From the sequence record NC_050153.1: 64,000 nucleotides of DNA. One strand, given 5' to 3'. A model generated the notes under the pieces. It did not search any database and was not told the DNA's origin. It saw nothing but the letters and a program-made list of their open reading frames with translations. Positions 32,429 to 43,124 of this stretch are shown here, piece by piece (the first letter of the stretch is position 1; every line of letters begins with the position of its first letter). The position numbers and the translations under genes were made by a program. This stretch comes from Escherichia phage vB_EcoM-Ro157c2YLVW.

Positions 32429-35400
32429 TCAACTCTCGCGTAGTCATTCATCAACGGATCATCAATTGACAGTGGTACCGTGCGCATAACGCCCGGCTGA
32501 GGCGTGCTGACCTTTACGACAGTTCCCTGGCCTTTCGCCGAGTCTTTGGTGTGCTCTTCAATCCTGGCAAGCAATGAGGTCATCTGCGCAAACAGCCGCT
32601 TCGTTTCACCATCAAGTGAAACGGTATTATCAGCCAACTGCATTGTCGGCTTGGCACCGGAGCCGCCAAGGTCACTAATAACCTGTCCGTCTATCTGCAT
32701 ACGACCGGTTGGTTGCTGCAAATCGTTGACGGCAGTCGTCACCTGGGACGTGGAGGCTGGTTCAGGCGCATTATTTTTCCGCATCCCCGGCGAGTTGCGG
32801 AGTTTATCGAATAGTCCATCAATCCCCATTTGTGCGCCGAGTTGGTCAAAGTAACTTGAGTTGCTGGCCACCGGACGCGCCTCTTCAACTGGCATCGGAG
32901 TATCAACATACACATTGCCAGCTGCTGTTGCGGTCCCCTTCCCTCGTGCACGTTCTTCGAGCGTTCCCTGAACGACTTCCCGACGCATACCCCGGCCATT
33001 CATGAATTTGTTGACCAGATCGTTAACGCCAACAGCATTGCCGATTTTGTCTACCAAACCGCCTTTCTCAAACGGGCTATCACCAGGGGTAAACGCCAGA
33101 CCAGTAGACTGATCGATAACGGCGTTATCAGGTAGTGGTTCCCTCACTCCATATTGCGCCCCACCCTGTGCTCCTGCCCCAGGTGTATAGATTTCACCAC
33201 CTAAATAGCGAGCACGATGAGTATTGACCTTGATCGCGTACTCACGGTTTTCCTTCGATAAGTCACCGGTGCCTTTTTTCCACTTATTAATAGTGCCAAA
33301 CCCAGCGTTATATGCAGTGATGGCCTCGTTTAAGTCTCCATTGGCTTGCTTCAGATACTTGCTCATGAGAAGAGCCGCAGCTTCTGCCGATTTCACAGGA
33401 TCAAACGATTCACCTTCAGCTAAGCCAGTCTCTTCACGAGCAATGCCCGTGAACTGAAACATTCCTAGAGCACCAGTTTGGGATTTTGCGTACGGATTAC
33501 CACCAGATTCAGTTGCAGCAATCGCGTAAAGAGTGCCTTCAGGAAGACCATATTTATTCTCCAGTTCAGCAAAATACGGAGCTAACTTATCGAGATTTGC
33601 CTTACCTTCAGCGCCAAGGCTTCCGACTTTTACATCTAAGTTGCCATTATTGTAGGTATCAGCAGCTTTCTGAATGTCATTCCTGGTGCCGGTGGTATTA
33701 CGCGACGATGATGACGAGCTATTTTGTCCAATAGCTGAATCAATTTTCCGCACCGCGCTATTGCCCGTTTCTACGGCATTTGCATTGATAATCTGATTGG
33801 CAGTTTCTTTAACTGTTTTATTGCTATCTTTCGCCGTGTCCAGTGCCGCATTTATCACGCGGGTAGCAATATTAGTCTGTTTAGCATCGGATTCAGTTTT
33901 AGAATCAGATGTCTCCTGGTGGCTATTAACCGGAGCTTTTAACTCTGGAGTGATTTCTTTTGCATTAGCCTCGCCGATCGGATTGGGTATTTTTGATACA
34001 ATCATTGCCGCAGGGGTATTTTTAACGGCATCAACCGCTGCATCTAATGCTTTACCGGGTAAACTTTTAACCCCATCCCAAATATTACCAGCCGCCTCTT
34101 TAATGTGTTTTCCTGGGTTCTTAATGAAGTCAATTGCACTATCAATTGCATCACTGAAAACCTGTTTCAGGTTATCGACAGTAAAGAAGTCTTTTATGGC
34201 ATCCAGCTTTTCAAGCAACTTATTAGATGTATCGCTAAACCATGCTGAAACAGCATCACCAATCTTTGCTGTGTAATCATCGAACTTGGTAGAAATGGTG
34301 TCGCCAAGGTTAGAAATATATGTTTCTAAGTTGGTAACCCCACTATCAATGGCCTGGGCAATACTTTCCGTCGAAAATGATTGCAACATATTGCCGATAT
34401 CCTCAAATCCAAGTGATTTGAGAACATCACCAATAGCACTGCTAATACCAGATACCAGTCCCCCCATATCGAGAACATTGGCTAACGTATAAGCGGCTTT
34501 TTGCTGGAATGATGGATCTTGTCCTGATTTAAGCCCAAACGCTCGACGTTGCGCTTCTGTATCATTCCAACCGGTTACCGCATCATAAATACCTCCAGCC
34601 ACTGTGCCGACTAGGGGAATTGCGCGTAACGCCCCTTTACCAACTGCCTTTAATCCAAGTTTACCTGCTGCCCGGGCAGCCAAATCTCCGCCTTCATGGG
34701 CGAGAGTCTTCTTGCCACCACCGCGTAGCATTCCTACAAGTTTCTTTGCCCCCAGAGCGCCAAAAGCGAGTGCTCCAGCTTTTTTCAGCATGCCACGCCC
34801 CATTAACAACGACGCGACGCCACCGGCCCCCTTCCCTAACAGGCTAAATAGTTTGGACAGCAAGCCGCCCTTCTTTTTACCGGTGTTTTTGGCTATCTGA
34901 TCAAGGGCGCGGAGAATCTTGTCATTGCCCTCTTTAATTTCGCTGGTCTGCTCCTGAAGTTCCTGAACCGTCCGTTTTTGGGTGTTAACCTGAACGACAT
35001 CGGCACTATTTTGCGATTTACGCCTAAAAAAACCTTTTCTACGGCTGTTATCGTCATTGCCACGAATCACATCGGCAATAGACTTTCTGGCACCATTAAG
35101 CGATCCACCAACTTCTTTTGATATCCCGCCAAGCTCCTTCCCTGCTGCCCACAATGGACCAGCAACGGCATAACCTAACGCATCGACGGCACGAGTCTCT
35201 GAAGGGTTGCCTATGCCTTCAGCTACTTTTGACAGTTTTTTTAATAAACCTGATTCAGCATTTAGACGCTCATCATCCTCTTTGCGCCTGGCCTTTTCAG
35301 CACGTTCAGCACGGGCATCTTCCGCTGCGGCCTTACTCCCTGACTTTCCAATAAAACGACCACGCGCATCGCGTTGGTTTTGGCTTTTTTGCGCACCGCC

Positions 35401-35817
35401 TTTTTGACCGAACATTTCGCGAGCGTGTTCGGCTGCTTCGGTCCGTTGCGCCTTTACATCTTCTGTTATAGCCTTCTTGCGTCGTTTTTTACCCTTTCGC
35501 GTAGTTGATTTGGCCTGCGGTTCCTGTAGAGCAACATCCTCCTGAACTACACGAGAAACGTCCCCTAAATTAAGCCGTTTCATTGCCTCAACAATAGGGT
35601 CCACTGATGGCGCATTGGCCACAAGGTCTGGCCGGGAATTTTCGATTGTGCGATTTAATGCCGACACACTGCGAGAGACAGGATCAACTGTAGCAACTCG
35701 CCCCCCTTTCAAATCTTCAACGGCTTCCCGAATACCTGCAAGCTCTTCCAGCTCTTTTGCGCTGGCGGTTTCAACCGTCCTTATCACATCGTCAATGTTG
35801 GCGTTTTTTCTTTCCAT
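32425..35817 (-). CDS. sit: Tape measure protein with lytic transglycosylase (SLT) domain (1130 aa)
   Basis: SLT signature …YAIAATESGGNPYAKSQTGALGMFQF…; long Gly/Ala/Lys-rich repeats; size. Confidence 0.8.
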   Translation of the reverse strand: MERKNANIDDVIRTVETASAKELEELAGIREAVEDLKGGRVATVDPVSRSVSALNRTIENSRPDLVANAPSVDPIVEAMKRLNLGDVSRVVQEDVALQEPQAKSTTRKGKKRRKKAITEDVKAQRTEAAEHAREMFGQKGGAQKSQNQRDARGRFIGKSGSKAAAEDARAERAEKARRKEDDERLNAESGLLKKLSKVAEGIGNPSETRAVDALGYAVAGPLWAAGKELGGISKEVGGSLNGARKSIADVIRGNDDNSRRKGFFRRKSQNSADVVQVNTQKRTVQELQEQTSEIKEGNDKILRALDQIAKNTGKKKGGLLSKLFSLLGKGAGGVASLLMGRGMLKKAGALAFGALGAKKLVGMLRGGGKKTLAHEGGDLAARAAGKLGLKAVGKGALRAIPLVGTVAGGIYDAVTGWNDTEAQRRAFGLKSGQDPSFQQKAAYTLANVLDMGGLVSGISSAIGDVLKSLGFEDIGNMLQSFSTESIAQAIDSGVTNLETYISNLGDTISTKFDDYTAKIGDAVSAWFSDTSNKLLEKLDAIKDFFTVDNLKQVFSDAIDSAIDFIKNPGKHIKEAAGNIWDGVKSLPGKALDAAVDAVKNTPAAMIVSKIPNPIGEANAKEITPELKAPVNSHQETSDSKTESDAKQTNIATRVINAALDTAKDSNKTVKETANQIINANAVETGNSAVRKIDSAIGQNSSSSSSRNTTGTRNDIQKAADTYNNGNLDVKVGSLGAEGKANLDKLAPYFAELENKYGLPEGTLYAIAATESGGNPYAKSQTGALGMFQFTGIAREETGLAEGESFDPVKSAEAAALLMSKYLKQANGDLNEAITAYNAGFGTINKWKKGTGDLSKENREYAIKVNTHRARYLGGEIYTPGAGAQGGAQYGVREPLPDNAVIDQSTGLAFTPGDSPFEKGGLVDKIGNAVGVNDLVNKFMNGRGMRREVVQGTLEERARGKGTATAAGNVYVDTPMPVEEARPVASNSSYFDQLGAQMGIDGLFDKLRNSPGMRKNNAPEPASTSQVTTAVNDLQQPTGRMQIDGQVISDLGGSGAKPTMQLADNTVSLDGETKRLFAQMTSLLARIEEHTKDSAKGQGTVVKVSTPQPGVMRTVPLSIDDPLMNDYARVD

Positions 35818-35898
35818 GATCTTATCGCCTACCGCTTCGGTTTAAGTTTTTCTTCCAGTTTCTCCAACAGGAAAAACGCATAGGATTCAGTGAGCCTT

Positions 35899-36780
35899 TC
35901 AGCGTCCTGAATCGGTATACCCCCATACAAAACCAGGTTGGACACTAAGGTCTGATAGCTTTTCAATCCCCACCTGTGGAATGAAGTCGGTAGCCCGAAA
36001 GGGCACCCACAGACGGGTATACGCACCCTCTGTGGACTCCTTTGTATCCTGGTTTGGGCATTTGTGCGGCGGGAGACGAAGACGCATTTCGCCTTTATCG
36101 ATGTAGCACGGTAAACCATGTTCGAGCTTTTCATGAGCCAGCCGGATGTGTGCCGCCAGCTTCATAAATTCAGTATCAATGGCCATCCGTTTGATCGTTT
36201 CATAACGACGCTCAGCCTGCTCTTCACGAGTACCGCTAACATCGTTATAAAGTTCACACTGATAAGCGAATTCCCAAAAACGCAAATCAACGATCGCTTC
36301 TTTGAATTCCGCGTCGTCTTCAGGTGGCAATGCTGCACGGCGCATCTCCAGCATTTCCATTGCCCAACCATCAAGCGGCACGATACGCCATTGATAAGGC
36401 ACGCCCTCTACAGACACCTCAATATCGTCAATGAACGGTTCCACTTCCAGGACCTGGATATCTTCAGCCAGAGCATTCATATCGCAATCGTAATAATGCT
36501 CTTTACCGCAATGTTTACAGGTGTAGGTGAATGTCTCGACCGGTGTTTCACGGGAGCCAGTAAATATCCACCATAACGCGGTAATCCGGTCCTGCGCCGT
36601 CCATGTCAGGGGATCATATTTCGCGGGTTCAGCCAGCAAGACTTTTAAATACGCCGTTGTCTGTTGTTCTTGTTCCTCCGGTGTTATCGAGTTGAAACGC
36701 ATCGCATCAGCAATATTTGGCTGACGGAACTGGATCAATTCAGTTGGCCGCGATGGTAGCGGGAAAAGAGGTAAAAGCAT
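35899..36780 (-). CDS. Tail-module protein with Cys-rich putative zinc site (293 aa)
   Basis: CKHCGK…C and HKCP motifs; position between tube-like and tape measure genes. Confidence 0.4.
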   Translation of the reverse strand: MLLPLFPLPSRPTELIQFRQPNIADAMRFNSITPEEQEQQTTAYLKVLLAEPAKYDPLTWTAQDRITALWWIFTGSRETPVETFTYTCKHCGKEHYYDCDMNALAEDIQVLEVEPFIDDIEVSVEGVPYQWRIVPLDGWAMEMLEMRRAALPPEDDAEFKEAIVDLRFWEFAYQCELYNDVSGTREEQAERRYETIKRMAIDTEFMKLAAHIRLAHEKLEHGLPCYIDKGEMRLRLPPHKCPNQDTKESTEGAYTRLWVPFRATDFIPQVGIEKLSDLSVQPGFVWGYTDSGR

Positions 36781-36794
36781 CCTTGCTCCTTAAT

Positions 36795-37406
36795 TCAAAG
36801 AGAAAAACTAAAGCCCAGAAGGGAAGCTAAAGAACTTGAGGATTGGTTAAACGTGCTGTGCAATGCGAAGGTCATTGGGAATGACTTAAATTCCGTAACC
36901 TGATCCCGCGCATAGGTGACATCGCCGGTAGTGACCGGGAATACCGTCATCTCATTTTCCAGTTTGGTTAAACCGGAGGACAGCAACCGATAAATGCGCA
37001 CATTGAGCAAATATTTAGACGGTATATTCCCGGTACCGTCCGGATTGATAACCCGACCTTTTGCCGTCTTAAACCAGTCCAAAACGAGGCCATCAACGGT
37101 ATCCCTGACCATCATTGTTATCTGCCCAGGCGAACGCTCCGTTGGCTGAAGGATATTCCCTCCGCCGATTTTAATCGTTTCATATTCGATGCTGTAATCG
37201 TGGTAGGTAATGTCTTTAGCAAAGAAGTCTGCCCCCTCCAGACCATCAACTTCGACAGAGAACTGCCATCCTTGCGCGAACAGCATTTTGTTCATGATGA
37301 TTGACGTCAGCTTACCAACTTCCCGCTCACCAACGCCGGAGCCAAATAATGTCGTCGTTAATGCCGAAGATACATAAGACTTTACTGAAGCAACATTAAG
37401 CCCCAT
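36795..37406 (-). CDS. Tail tube-like protein (203 aa)
   Basis: Size and location upstream of tape measure gene. Confidence 0.4.
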   Translation of the reverse strand: MGLNVASVKSYVSSALTTTLFGSGVGEREVGKLTSIIMNKMLFAQGWQFSVEVDGLEGADFFAKDITYHDYSIEYETIKIGGGNILQPTERSPGQITMMVRDTVDGLVLDWFKTAKGRVINPDGTGNIPSKYLLNVRIYRLLSSGLTKLENEMTVFPVTTGDVTYARDQVTEFKSFPMTFALHSTFNQSSSSLASLLGFSFSL

Positions 37407-37416
37407 ATCAGCTCCC

Positions 37417-38007
<591 letters not shown>

Positions 38008-38041
38008 TTAACCGATTCTACGAGTAGTCATTTGTGACAGG

Positions 38042-38518
38042 TCATTTTGCGCGCTTCAGGCAGCCATCTTCAGGTGCCGCGTTGAAAAGCTCTGCGGCCT
38101 TACGTAGCGTAAATGTTGCGATTTTTTTTCCGTCTACGTATGCATCGAATGTTTTAACTTCCATATCAGGGGTATCTGACCAAAAACCATACCAGTAACT
38201 ATCACCCACAGAGGAACCGATAGAACTGATAGGATATTCATCATCACCAACTTTCAGCGTTATTTGTTCTTTTTTAGCATCAAATGACTCACCGCCAGGT
38301 TCTGTTTTCATGAGAGTGAGTAGTCGTGTTCCTACTTGATTGGGATCCGTATTATTAAATTCAACATCGCACTCAAATGTAAGCGTATAATTATCTTTGC
38401 TGGAAACAGCATAAGAACGAACACCATGAGTCTCGCCGGTTGACCATTTGCTTACATTTGCCATTGATGAAAACGGAGTAAGCAAAGCAATAACTAGTAA
38501 AAATCGTTTGATGCGCAT
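38042..38518 (-). CDS. Secreted protein with signal peptide (158 aa)
   Basis: N-terminal MRIKRFLLVIALLTPFSSMA signal sequence. Confidence 0.5.
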   Translation of the reverse strand: MRIKRFLLVIALLTPFSSMANVSKWSTGETHGVRSYAVSSKDNYTLTFECDVEFNNTDPNQVGTRLLTLMKTEPGGESFDAKKEQITLKVGDDEYPISSIGSSVGDSYWYGFWSDTPDMEVKTFDAYVDGKKIATFTLRKAAELFNAAPEDGCLKRAK

Positions 38519-38569
38519 TAATTTATCTCCTTTGGATATTAATATTTTAATTAGTTAACCACCATATAT

Positions 38570-39214
38570 TCACCATTCATAGGGTAAATTAAGCGCTTTT
38601 AAACCTTGCTGGAAAGTATTAAGAGATCCGTTTTTTTGTTGTTCCATTTTTTCGCGTGCAGCTTTCTCATACTGCTCCATCCGTTGGTTATACTCTTGCA
38701 ATTCCTCCGGGGAGAGGTTTCCCATTGGGGAGTTTGTACCCGGCCCCCTGGCCCGTTCTTCAAGCGTACCCTGAACGTTTTGATGGCGCATTCCCGGTGA
38801 GTTTCTGATTGAATCAATGCCATTTCTTCCAACGTCTTCTTTATTAACGGCATTGCTCGCCACCAGCACACCCCAGCTAGGAATAGCAAAATCAGGAGCG
38901 GTTTCGCATGCCTTTACCATATAATCGAAAGAGCTTCGATTGATCTCGTTTGCGTCGGGATTTAACAGGCGAGAATATTGATATTTAGCATTTTCGTTGG
39001 TTGCGACTTTATACAGTTCTTGCTGCACCATCGCTTCAGAAAGTTTAAGGCGTTTCATATCTGACAGTAACTTCTTGCGCATGGATTCGTCTTGACTGAC
39101 AGCAAAGCCGTAAACGTGCCCAAGGTATTTCGTATAATCGGTACAAATCTCCTTTACGCTTGATGCTGCATTAACAGTCCCAGCCATAAATAATAACGGT
39201 AGTAATAGTTTTCT
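38570..39214 (-). CDS. Secreted protein (possible Sim-like superinfection-exclusion candidate) carrying a motif shared with the tape measure protein
   Basis: Signal peptide MRKLLLPLLFMAGTVNA (start at internal ATG); C-terminal IRNSPGMRHQNVQGTLEERARGPGT matches two segments of the tape measure protein. Confidence 0.5.
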   Translation of the reverse strand, partial: RKLLLPLLFMAGTVNAASSVKEICTDYTKYLGHVYGFAVSQDESMRKKLLSDMKRLKLSEAMVQQELYKVATNENAKYQYSRLLNPDANEINRSSFDYMVKACETAPDFAIPSWGVLVASNAVNKEDVGRNGIDSIRNSPGMRHQNVQGTLEERARGPGTNSPMGNLSPEELQEYNQRMEQYEKAAREKMEQQKNGSLNTFQQGLKALNLPYEW

Positions 39215-39322
39215 CATTATAACCTCACCTGCCTTATAACTCATTTAGGGTACATATTTTCGCCTTTAAAAAAAAGAGGTTATTAGATCCAGTTGTGTAT
39301 TTACTAATCAGATAATGCTCTA

Positions 39323-39339
39323 ATAGATTTGTATTTTTA
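39323..39339. promoter_or_regulatory. C1-operator-like site upstream of the right immunity-I module
   Basis: aatgctctaatagattt, two mismatches to consensus. Confidence 0.45.
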
Positions 39340-39429
39340 AGTCGCGAATGCTATCTTTTCGCATCATATTGACCTTTTAATCGTTCAGGCTTATAGTTCC
39401 GCCGTCGTAGCAAATTCTGCGACCGGGTT

Positions 39430-39644
39430 TAGCAGCCTGAATGATTGTGCGGACAGCCGCAGATATCCGATATTGCGGTATTTTTGTGTCCGTAAAACCG
39501 CGTTACGCCCAAATTATGGTGGGGCGTGATGGGGAGGCTTCGGCCTGCTGGTTTCACAATCGCCAGTCTGCTAACCCCGTCACGTCCTGCCACCTGTTTA
39601 GCAGCGGGTAGCAGGTTGTTAAACCTGATTGTGAGGCCGTAACT
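39430..39644 (+). ncRNA. c4-like antisense RNA and leader of the right immunity-I module (ends not defined)
   Basis: Antisense element tcacaatc (about 39555-39561) complementary to gattgtg at about 39443-39449 and at about 39627-39633, the latter lying 12 nt upstream of the icd ATG over the putative Shine-Dalgarno; UUCG-tetraloop hairpin aggcttcggcct nearby. Confidence 0.45.
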
Positions 39645-39866
39645 ATGGTTAATGCCAATCCTTGCGCACGCCCAGAATTCATCTGGCGTTTCTATTCCTG
39701 TAAAAAACACCACTATCACTTCGTTATCGCAGCAACTGAAGACGAAGCACGCTCTCAATTGCCTGATGGCCCCTGCATTTTTACTGCCCGTTTTTCAACT
39801 GACTCGCGCAATTCACTTAGTTACTGGAGCCTCCCCTTCTCTGCCAACGTTCAGGGGGGTTTATGA
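39645..39866 (+). CDS. icd: Icd-like small protein (73 aa), translationally coupled to ant
   Basis: 73 aa; stop overlaps ant start (ATGA); paralog at 122..343. Confidence 0.55.
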   Translation: MVNANPCARPEFIWRFYSCKKHHYHFVIAATEDEARSQLPDGPCIFTARFSTDSRNSLSYWSLPFSANVQGGL

Positions 39867-40900
39867 AAACACCTCTCGTCACCCGTAATGAAATAGCCGA
39901 AGCGATCGCTTTGCATACAACCTGTATGCCGACACGGGAGATCCCCGGCGCAATTGCCAACTATTTCATGATAACCAGACGTTTTTATACCCGAACAGAT
40001 AAGGCTGTGATCAACAGGCTACTGATAGCCGAGATCAGGGATTATTTGATTGAACAAGGACGTCTACGTTACGCAACAGTGGCAGCAGAAATGAGAAAGG
40101 AGGCGCGCAGAATGACCGGTAATAATTTGAATGTTGAAAAACCAGCACCTGTTGCTTCAGCTACGCCATCACCAGCAGTGAATGTTATCTCCAACACCGG
40201 AGACACAATCGACAGCCTGACACTGTTAAAGATGGTCAATGAAGCGCGTAAGTTATGTGGGGAACCAGAGGTTCGGAACAACAAATTCATCGAAAAAATA
40301 CTCGATGAGCTTGATGGTGAGCACTACACAAAAAGTGTAGTGGAAAAAATGAACAAAACATCAATGCTTGTCATAACCATGACTTTCAAACAAGCCCTGC
40401 GAGTCGCCGCGCGCGAGTCAAAAGCGGTCCGCCGTTCGCTGATCGACAAACTGGAAGAATTGCAGCAGGCAAACTCCCCTGCCCCATCGATCCCCCAAAC
40501 ATTACCAGAAGCTCTACGCCTGGCTGCCGAGTTGGCAGAACAGAAAATGCAGCTGGAACAACAGCTGGTGGCCGCAGCCCCTAAAGTCGATTTTGCCGAC
40601 CGGGTATCAGTGGCTAATGGAATCCTGATCGGGAACTTTGCAAAGGTCGTTGGACTTAAGCAAAACGCCCTTTTCTCATGGTTGCGCCAGAACGGCATTC
40701 TCATGGCTTTTGGTGCGCGCAAAAACGTACCGCGCCAACAGTACATCAACGCCGGGTATTTCACGGTGAAAGAAGTGGTGCTGGATGATGAAAATGGCTA
40801 CCAGATACGGCTGACGCCCCAATTAACGGGTAAAGGCCAGCAGTGGTTAACTCGCAAGCTACTTGATGCTGGTTTGTTAAAACCAGTAGCAATAGGTTAA
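39863..40900 (+). CDS. ant: Antirepressor (Ant-like, 345 aa)
   Basis: C-terminal about 130 aa paralogous to the C-terminus of the KilA-N protein at 41064 (…PEALRLAAELAEQK…GKGQQWL…LLDAG…), typical antirepressor C-terminal domain. Confidence 0.75.
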   Translation: MKTPLVTRNEIAEAIALHTTCMPTREIPGAIANYFMITRRFYTRTDKAVINRLLIAEIRDYLIEQGRLRYATVAAEMRKEARRMTGNNLNVEKPAPVASATPSPAVNVISNTGDTIDSLTLLKMVNEARKLCGEPEVRNNKFIEKILDELDGEHYTKSVVEKMNKTSMLVITMTFKQALRVAARESKAVRRSLIDKLEELQQANSPAPSIPQTLPEALRLAAELAEQKMQLEQQLVAAAPKVDFADRVSVANGILIGNFAKVVGLKQNALFSWLRQNGILMAFGARKNVPRQQYINAGYFTVKEVVLDDENGYQIRLTPQLTGKGQQWLTRKLLDAGLLKPVAIG

Positions 40901-40904
40901 CAAA

Positions 40905-40940
40905 AGAAAAAACCTGCCAGCAAACTGGCAGGTTTCTGAG
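40905..40940 (+). terminator. Hairpin downstream of ant
   Basis: aacctgccagcaaactggcaggtt stem. Confidence 0.4.
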
Positions 40941-40977
40941 CAGATCGACCAACCCGATCTGGATCGAGTCAGAAAAA

Positions 40978-40994
40978 TTTGCTCTAATAAATTT
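40978..40994. promoter_or_regulatory. C1-operator-like site upstream of kilA
   Basis: tttgctctaataaattt, one mismatch to consensus. Confidence 0.6.
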
Positions 40995-41063
40995 CGTTTT
41001 CTAAGTGCAAAGAATCACCATTTCGAGCTGGTGATTGAAGGTTGATGCAAATTTGGAGAAAAA

Positions 41064-41864
41064 ATGCAACAAACATTCAATGCGGATATGAATATATCAA
41101 ACCTTCATCAAAATGTCGATCCTTCAACCACTCTGCCTGTTATTTGTGGTGTTGAAATTACGACCGACCGCGCTGGCCGTTACAACCTTAATGCTCTACA
41201 CAGAGCGAGCGGACTCGGTGCCCATAAAGCGCCAGCTCAATGGCTAAGAACGCTGTCAGCCAAACAGCTCATCGAAGAGCTTGAAAAAGAAACTATGCAG
41301 AATTGCATAGTTTCGTTCGAAGGCCGTGGCGGCGGCACTTTTGCCCATGAATTGCTCGCTGTGGAGTACGCAGGCTGGATTTCTCCCGCGTTTCGGCTGA
41401 AGGTAAACCAGACATTTATCGACTATCGAGCCGGAAGATTACAACCTGCTATTCCGCAGAGTCTCCCTGAAGCTCTCCGTTTGGCTGCCGACCTGGCAGA
41501 GCAAAAGCAACGGCTGGAGCAAAAAATGCTTATGGATGCACCTAAAGTCGAATTCGCCGAACGCGTTGCTACCGCCAGCGGAGTTCTAATCGGCAACTAT
41601 GCCAAAGTGCTCGGCCTGGGCCAAAACTATCTCTTCACCTGGTTGCGTGATAACGGAATTCTGATCGCAACCGGTGAACGCAGGAACGTCCCCAAACAAG
41701 AATACATATCCCGTGGGTATTTCACCCTTAAAGAAACCGTGATCGATACAAGCAATGGAAGCAGGATTTCTTTCACGACTCGTATAACCGGCAAAGGTCA
41801 GCAGTGGCTGATGAAGCGATTGCTTGATGCTGGTGTGCTGGTACCTGTCGCGGCAACGCGCTAA
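41064..41864 (+). CDS. kilA: KilA-N domain protein with antirepressor-type C-terminal domain (266 aa)
   Basis: N-terminal KilA-N-like region (…GRYNLNALHRASGLGAHKAPAQWLR…) and C-terminal domain shared with Ant; 266 aa as recalled for P1 KilA. Confidence 0.75.
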   Translation: MQQTFNADMNISNLHQNVDPSTTLPVICGVEITTDRAGRYNLNALHRASGLGAHKAPAQWLRTLSAKQLIEELEKETMQNCIVSFEGRGGGTFAHELLAVEYAGWISPAFRLKVNQTFIDYRAGRLQPAIPQSLPEALRLAADLAEQKQRLEQKMLMDAPKVEFAERVATASGVLIGNYAKVLGLGQNYLFTWLRDNGILIATGERRNVPKQEYISRGYFTLKETVIDTSNGSRISFTTRITGKGQQWLMKRLLDAGVLVPVAATR

Positions 41865-41893
41865 CAGACGTAGTAAGAACCACCAGCATTGTA

Positions 41894-42739
41894 ATGCTGG
41901 CTAAAGTCACTTTCCTGAGCTGTATAACGATGAGCGATTTTACTTTTTCTGGCTATGAATTGGCCTGCTTTGTAACACACTCCGGTCTATCCCGTAGCGC
42001 CGGGCATATCCTGTCGCAATGTGCAAATCTCGCGGCAACAACCAGTGAATACTTCATTCACAAGCCTCACCGCCTGATCGCGGCAGAAACTGGTTATAGC
42101 CAATCAACCGTCGTTCGTGCATTCCGTGAAGCTGTAAACAAAGGAATCCTGTCTGTAGAGATTGTTATCGGCGATCACCGTGAACGTCGCGCTAACCTGT
42201 ACCGGTTTACACCATCCTTTTTGGCCTTCGCACAACAAGCCAAAAATGCGCTGATTGAAAGCAAATTAAAGATCTCTTCAGCGGCAACCAAGGTTAAAGC
42301 TGTTCTCGCTAAGACATTGGCTTTATTTAATTTTTTATCCACACCCCCATGTCAAAATGATACCCCCTCCCCCTGTCAGGATGACGTGGCAATAAAGAAT
42401 AAGAAGTCACAAGTTAAAAAAACAAAAAGATCAGTTTCCGGCGGTGCCGGAACGAGCAGACTCAAAAAATTGACTTCATGGATCGCTGAGGCAAAAGCAA
42501 AGGCTGACAATCTGCGGTTATCCAAAAAACGCGCTCAAAAACATGAGTTCAAGCAGAAAGTAGAGGCGGCAGCGCGGAAATATGCTTACCTGAAGGACAA
42601 GCGTTCTCCTGATATTGGCGGGATATCAAACTTCGATAATCTGCCGCATTGCATGACGGTAAACGAAGCTCTTAATGCGGTTTTAGCCAAAAATAAAGAT
42701 AACGAACAATGGGGTATACCGGCAGGATTCAGAGGGTGA
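41894..42739 (+). CDS. repL: RepL-like lytic replication initiator (281 aa)
   Basis: Position directly after kilA, 281 aa as recalled for P1 RepL; helix-turn-helix-like segment QSTVVRAFREAVNKGIL. Confidence 0.55.
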   Translation: MLAKVTFLSCITMSDFTFSGYELACFVTHSGLSRSAGHILSQCANLAATTSEYFIHKPHRLIAAETGYSQSTVVRAFREAVNKGILSVEIVIGDHRERRANLYRFTPSFLAFAQQAKNALIESKLKISSAATKVKAVLAKTLALFNFLSTPPCQNDTPSPCQDDVAIKNKKSQVKKTKRSVSGGAGTSRLKKLTSWIAEAKAKADNLRLSKKRAQKHEFKQKVEAAARKYAYLKDKRSPDIGGISNFDNLPHCMTVNEALNAVLAKNKDNEQWGIPAGFRG

Positions 42740-42789
42740 TAGATTGCTCTAATCTGGAGTCACCTGGCGTTTTCAGTTTGAGGTCGGAG

Positions 42790-43035
42790 ATGCAATCTGA
42801 TTTTTTACAGTTAGCGATCGCTTTTGCAGGATATGTTTGTATTGGCTTCTGTGTATACATGATCAGCCGAAAAATGCTTGTCGATATCGACCGCAAAGAA
42901 CAAGCAGAGGAGATCTTAGTATGGATTTTCTTTGGCGCGGTCTGGCCATTAGGGATCATGTTTGCTGCAACATTTCTTCTGATGTGGATATTCACCCTTC
43001 CAGGTGATTTCTATAGAAAAAAAGCCAGACATTGA
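42790..43035 (+). CDS. Small integral membrane protein (81 aa)
   Basis: Two hydrophobic helices; ATG at 42790 with ggaga upstream. Confidence 0.4.
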   Translation: MQSDFLQLAIAFAGYVCIGFCVYMISRKMLVDIDRKEQAEEILVWIFFGAVWPLGIMFAATFLLMWIFTLPGDFYRKKARH

Positions 43036-43124
43036 TACAATCGTTGCGGGTGCTTGAGGCTATCTGCTTCAGGCATTACCCGAAAAGCAGATAGAAGAAA
43101 GCCCCAGATAACATTACGCGTCCT

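Larger units (their letters stand above)
39375..39990. repeat. Right arm of the roughly 0.6 kb inverted repeat (immunity-I module)
   Basis: See left arm 1..615. Confidence 0.8.
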
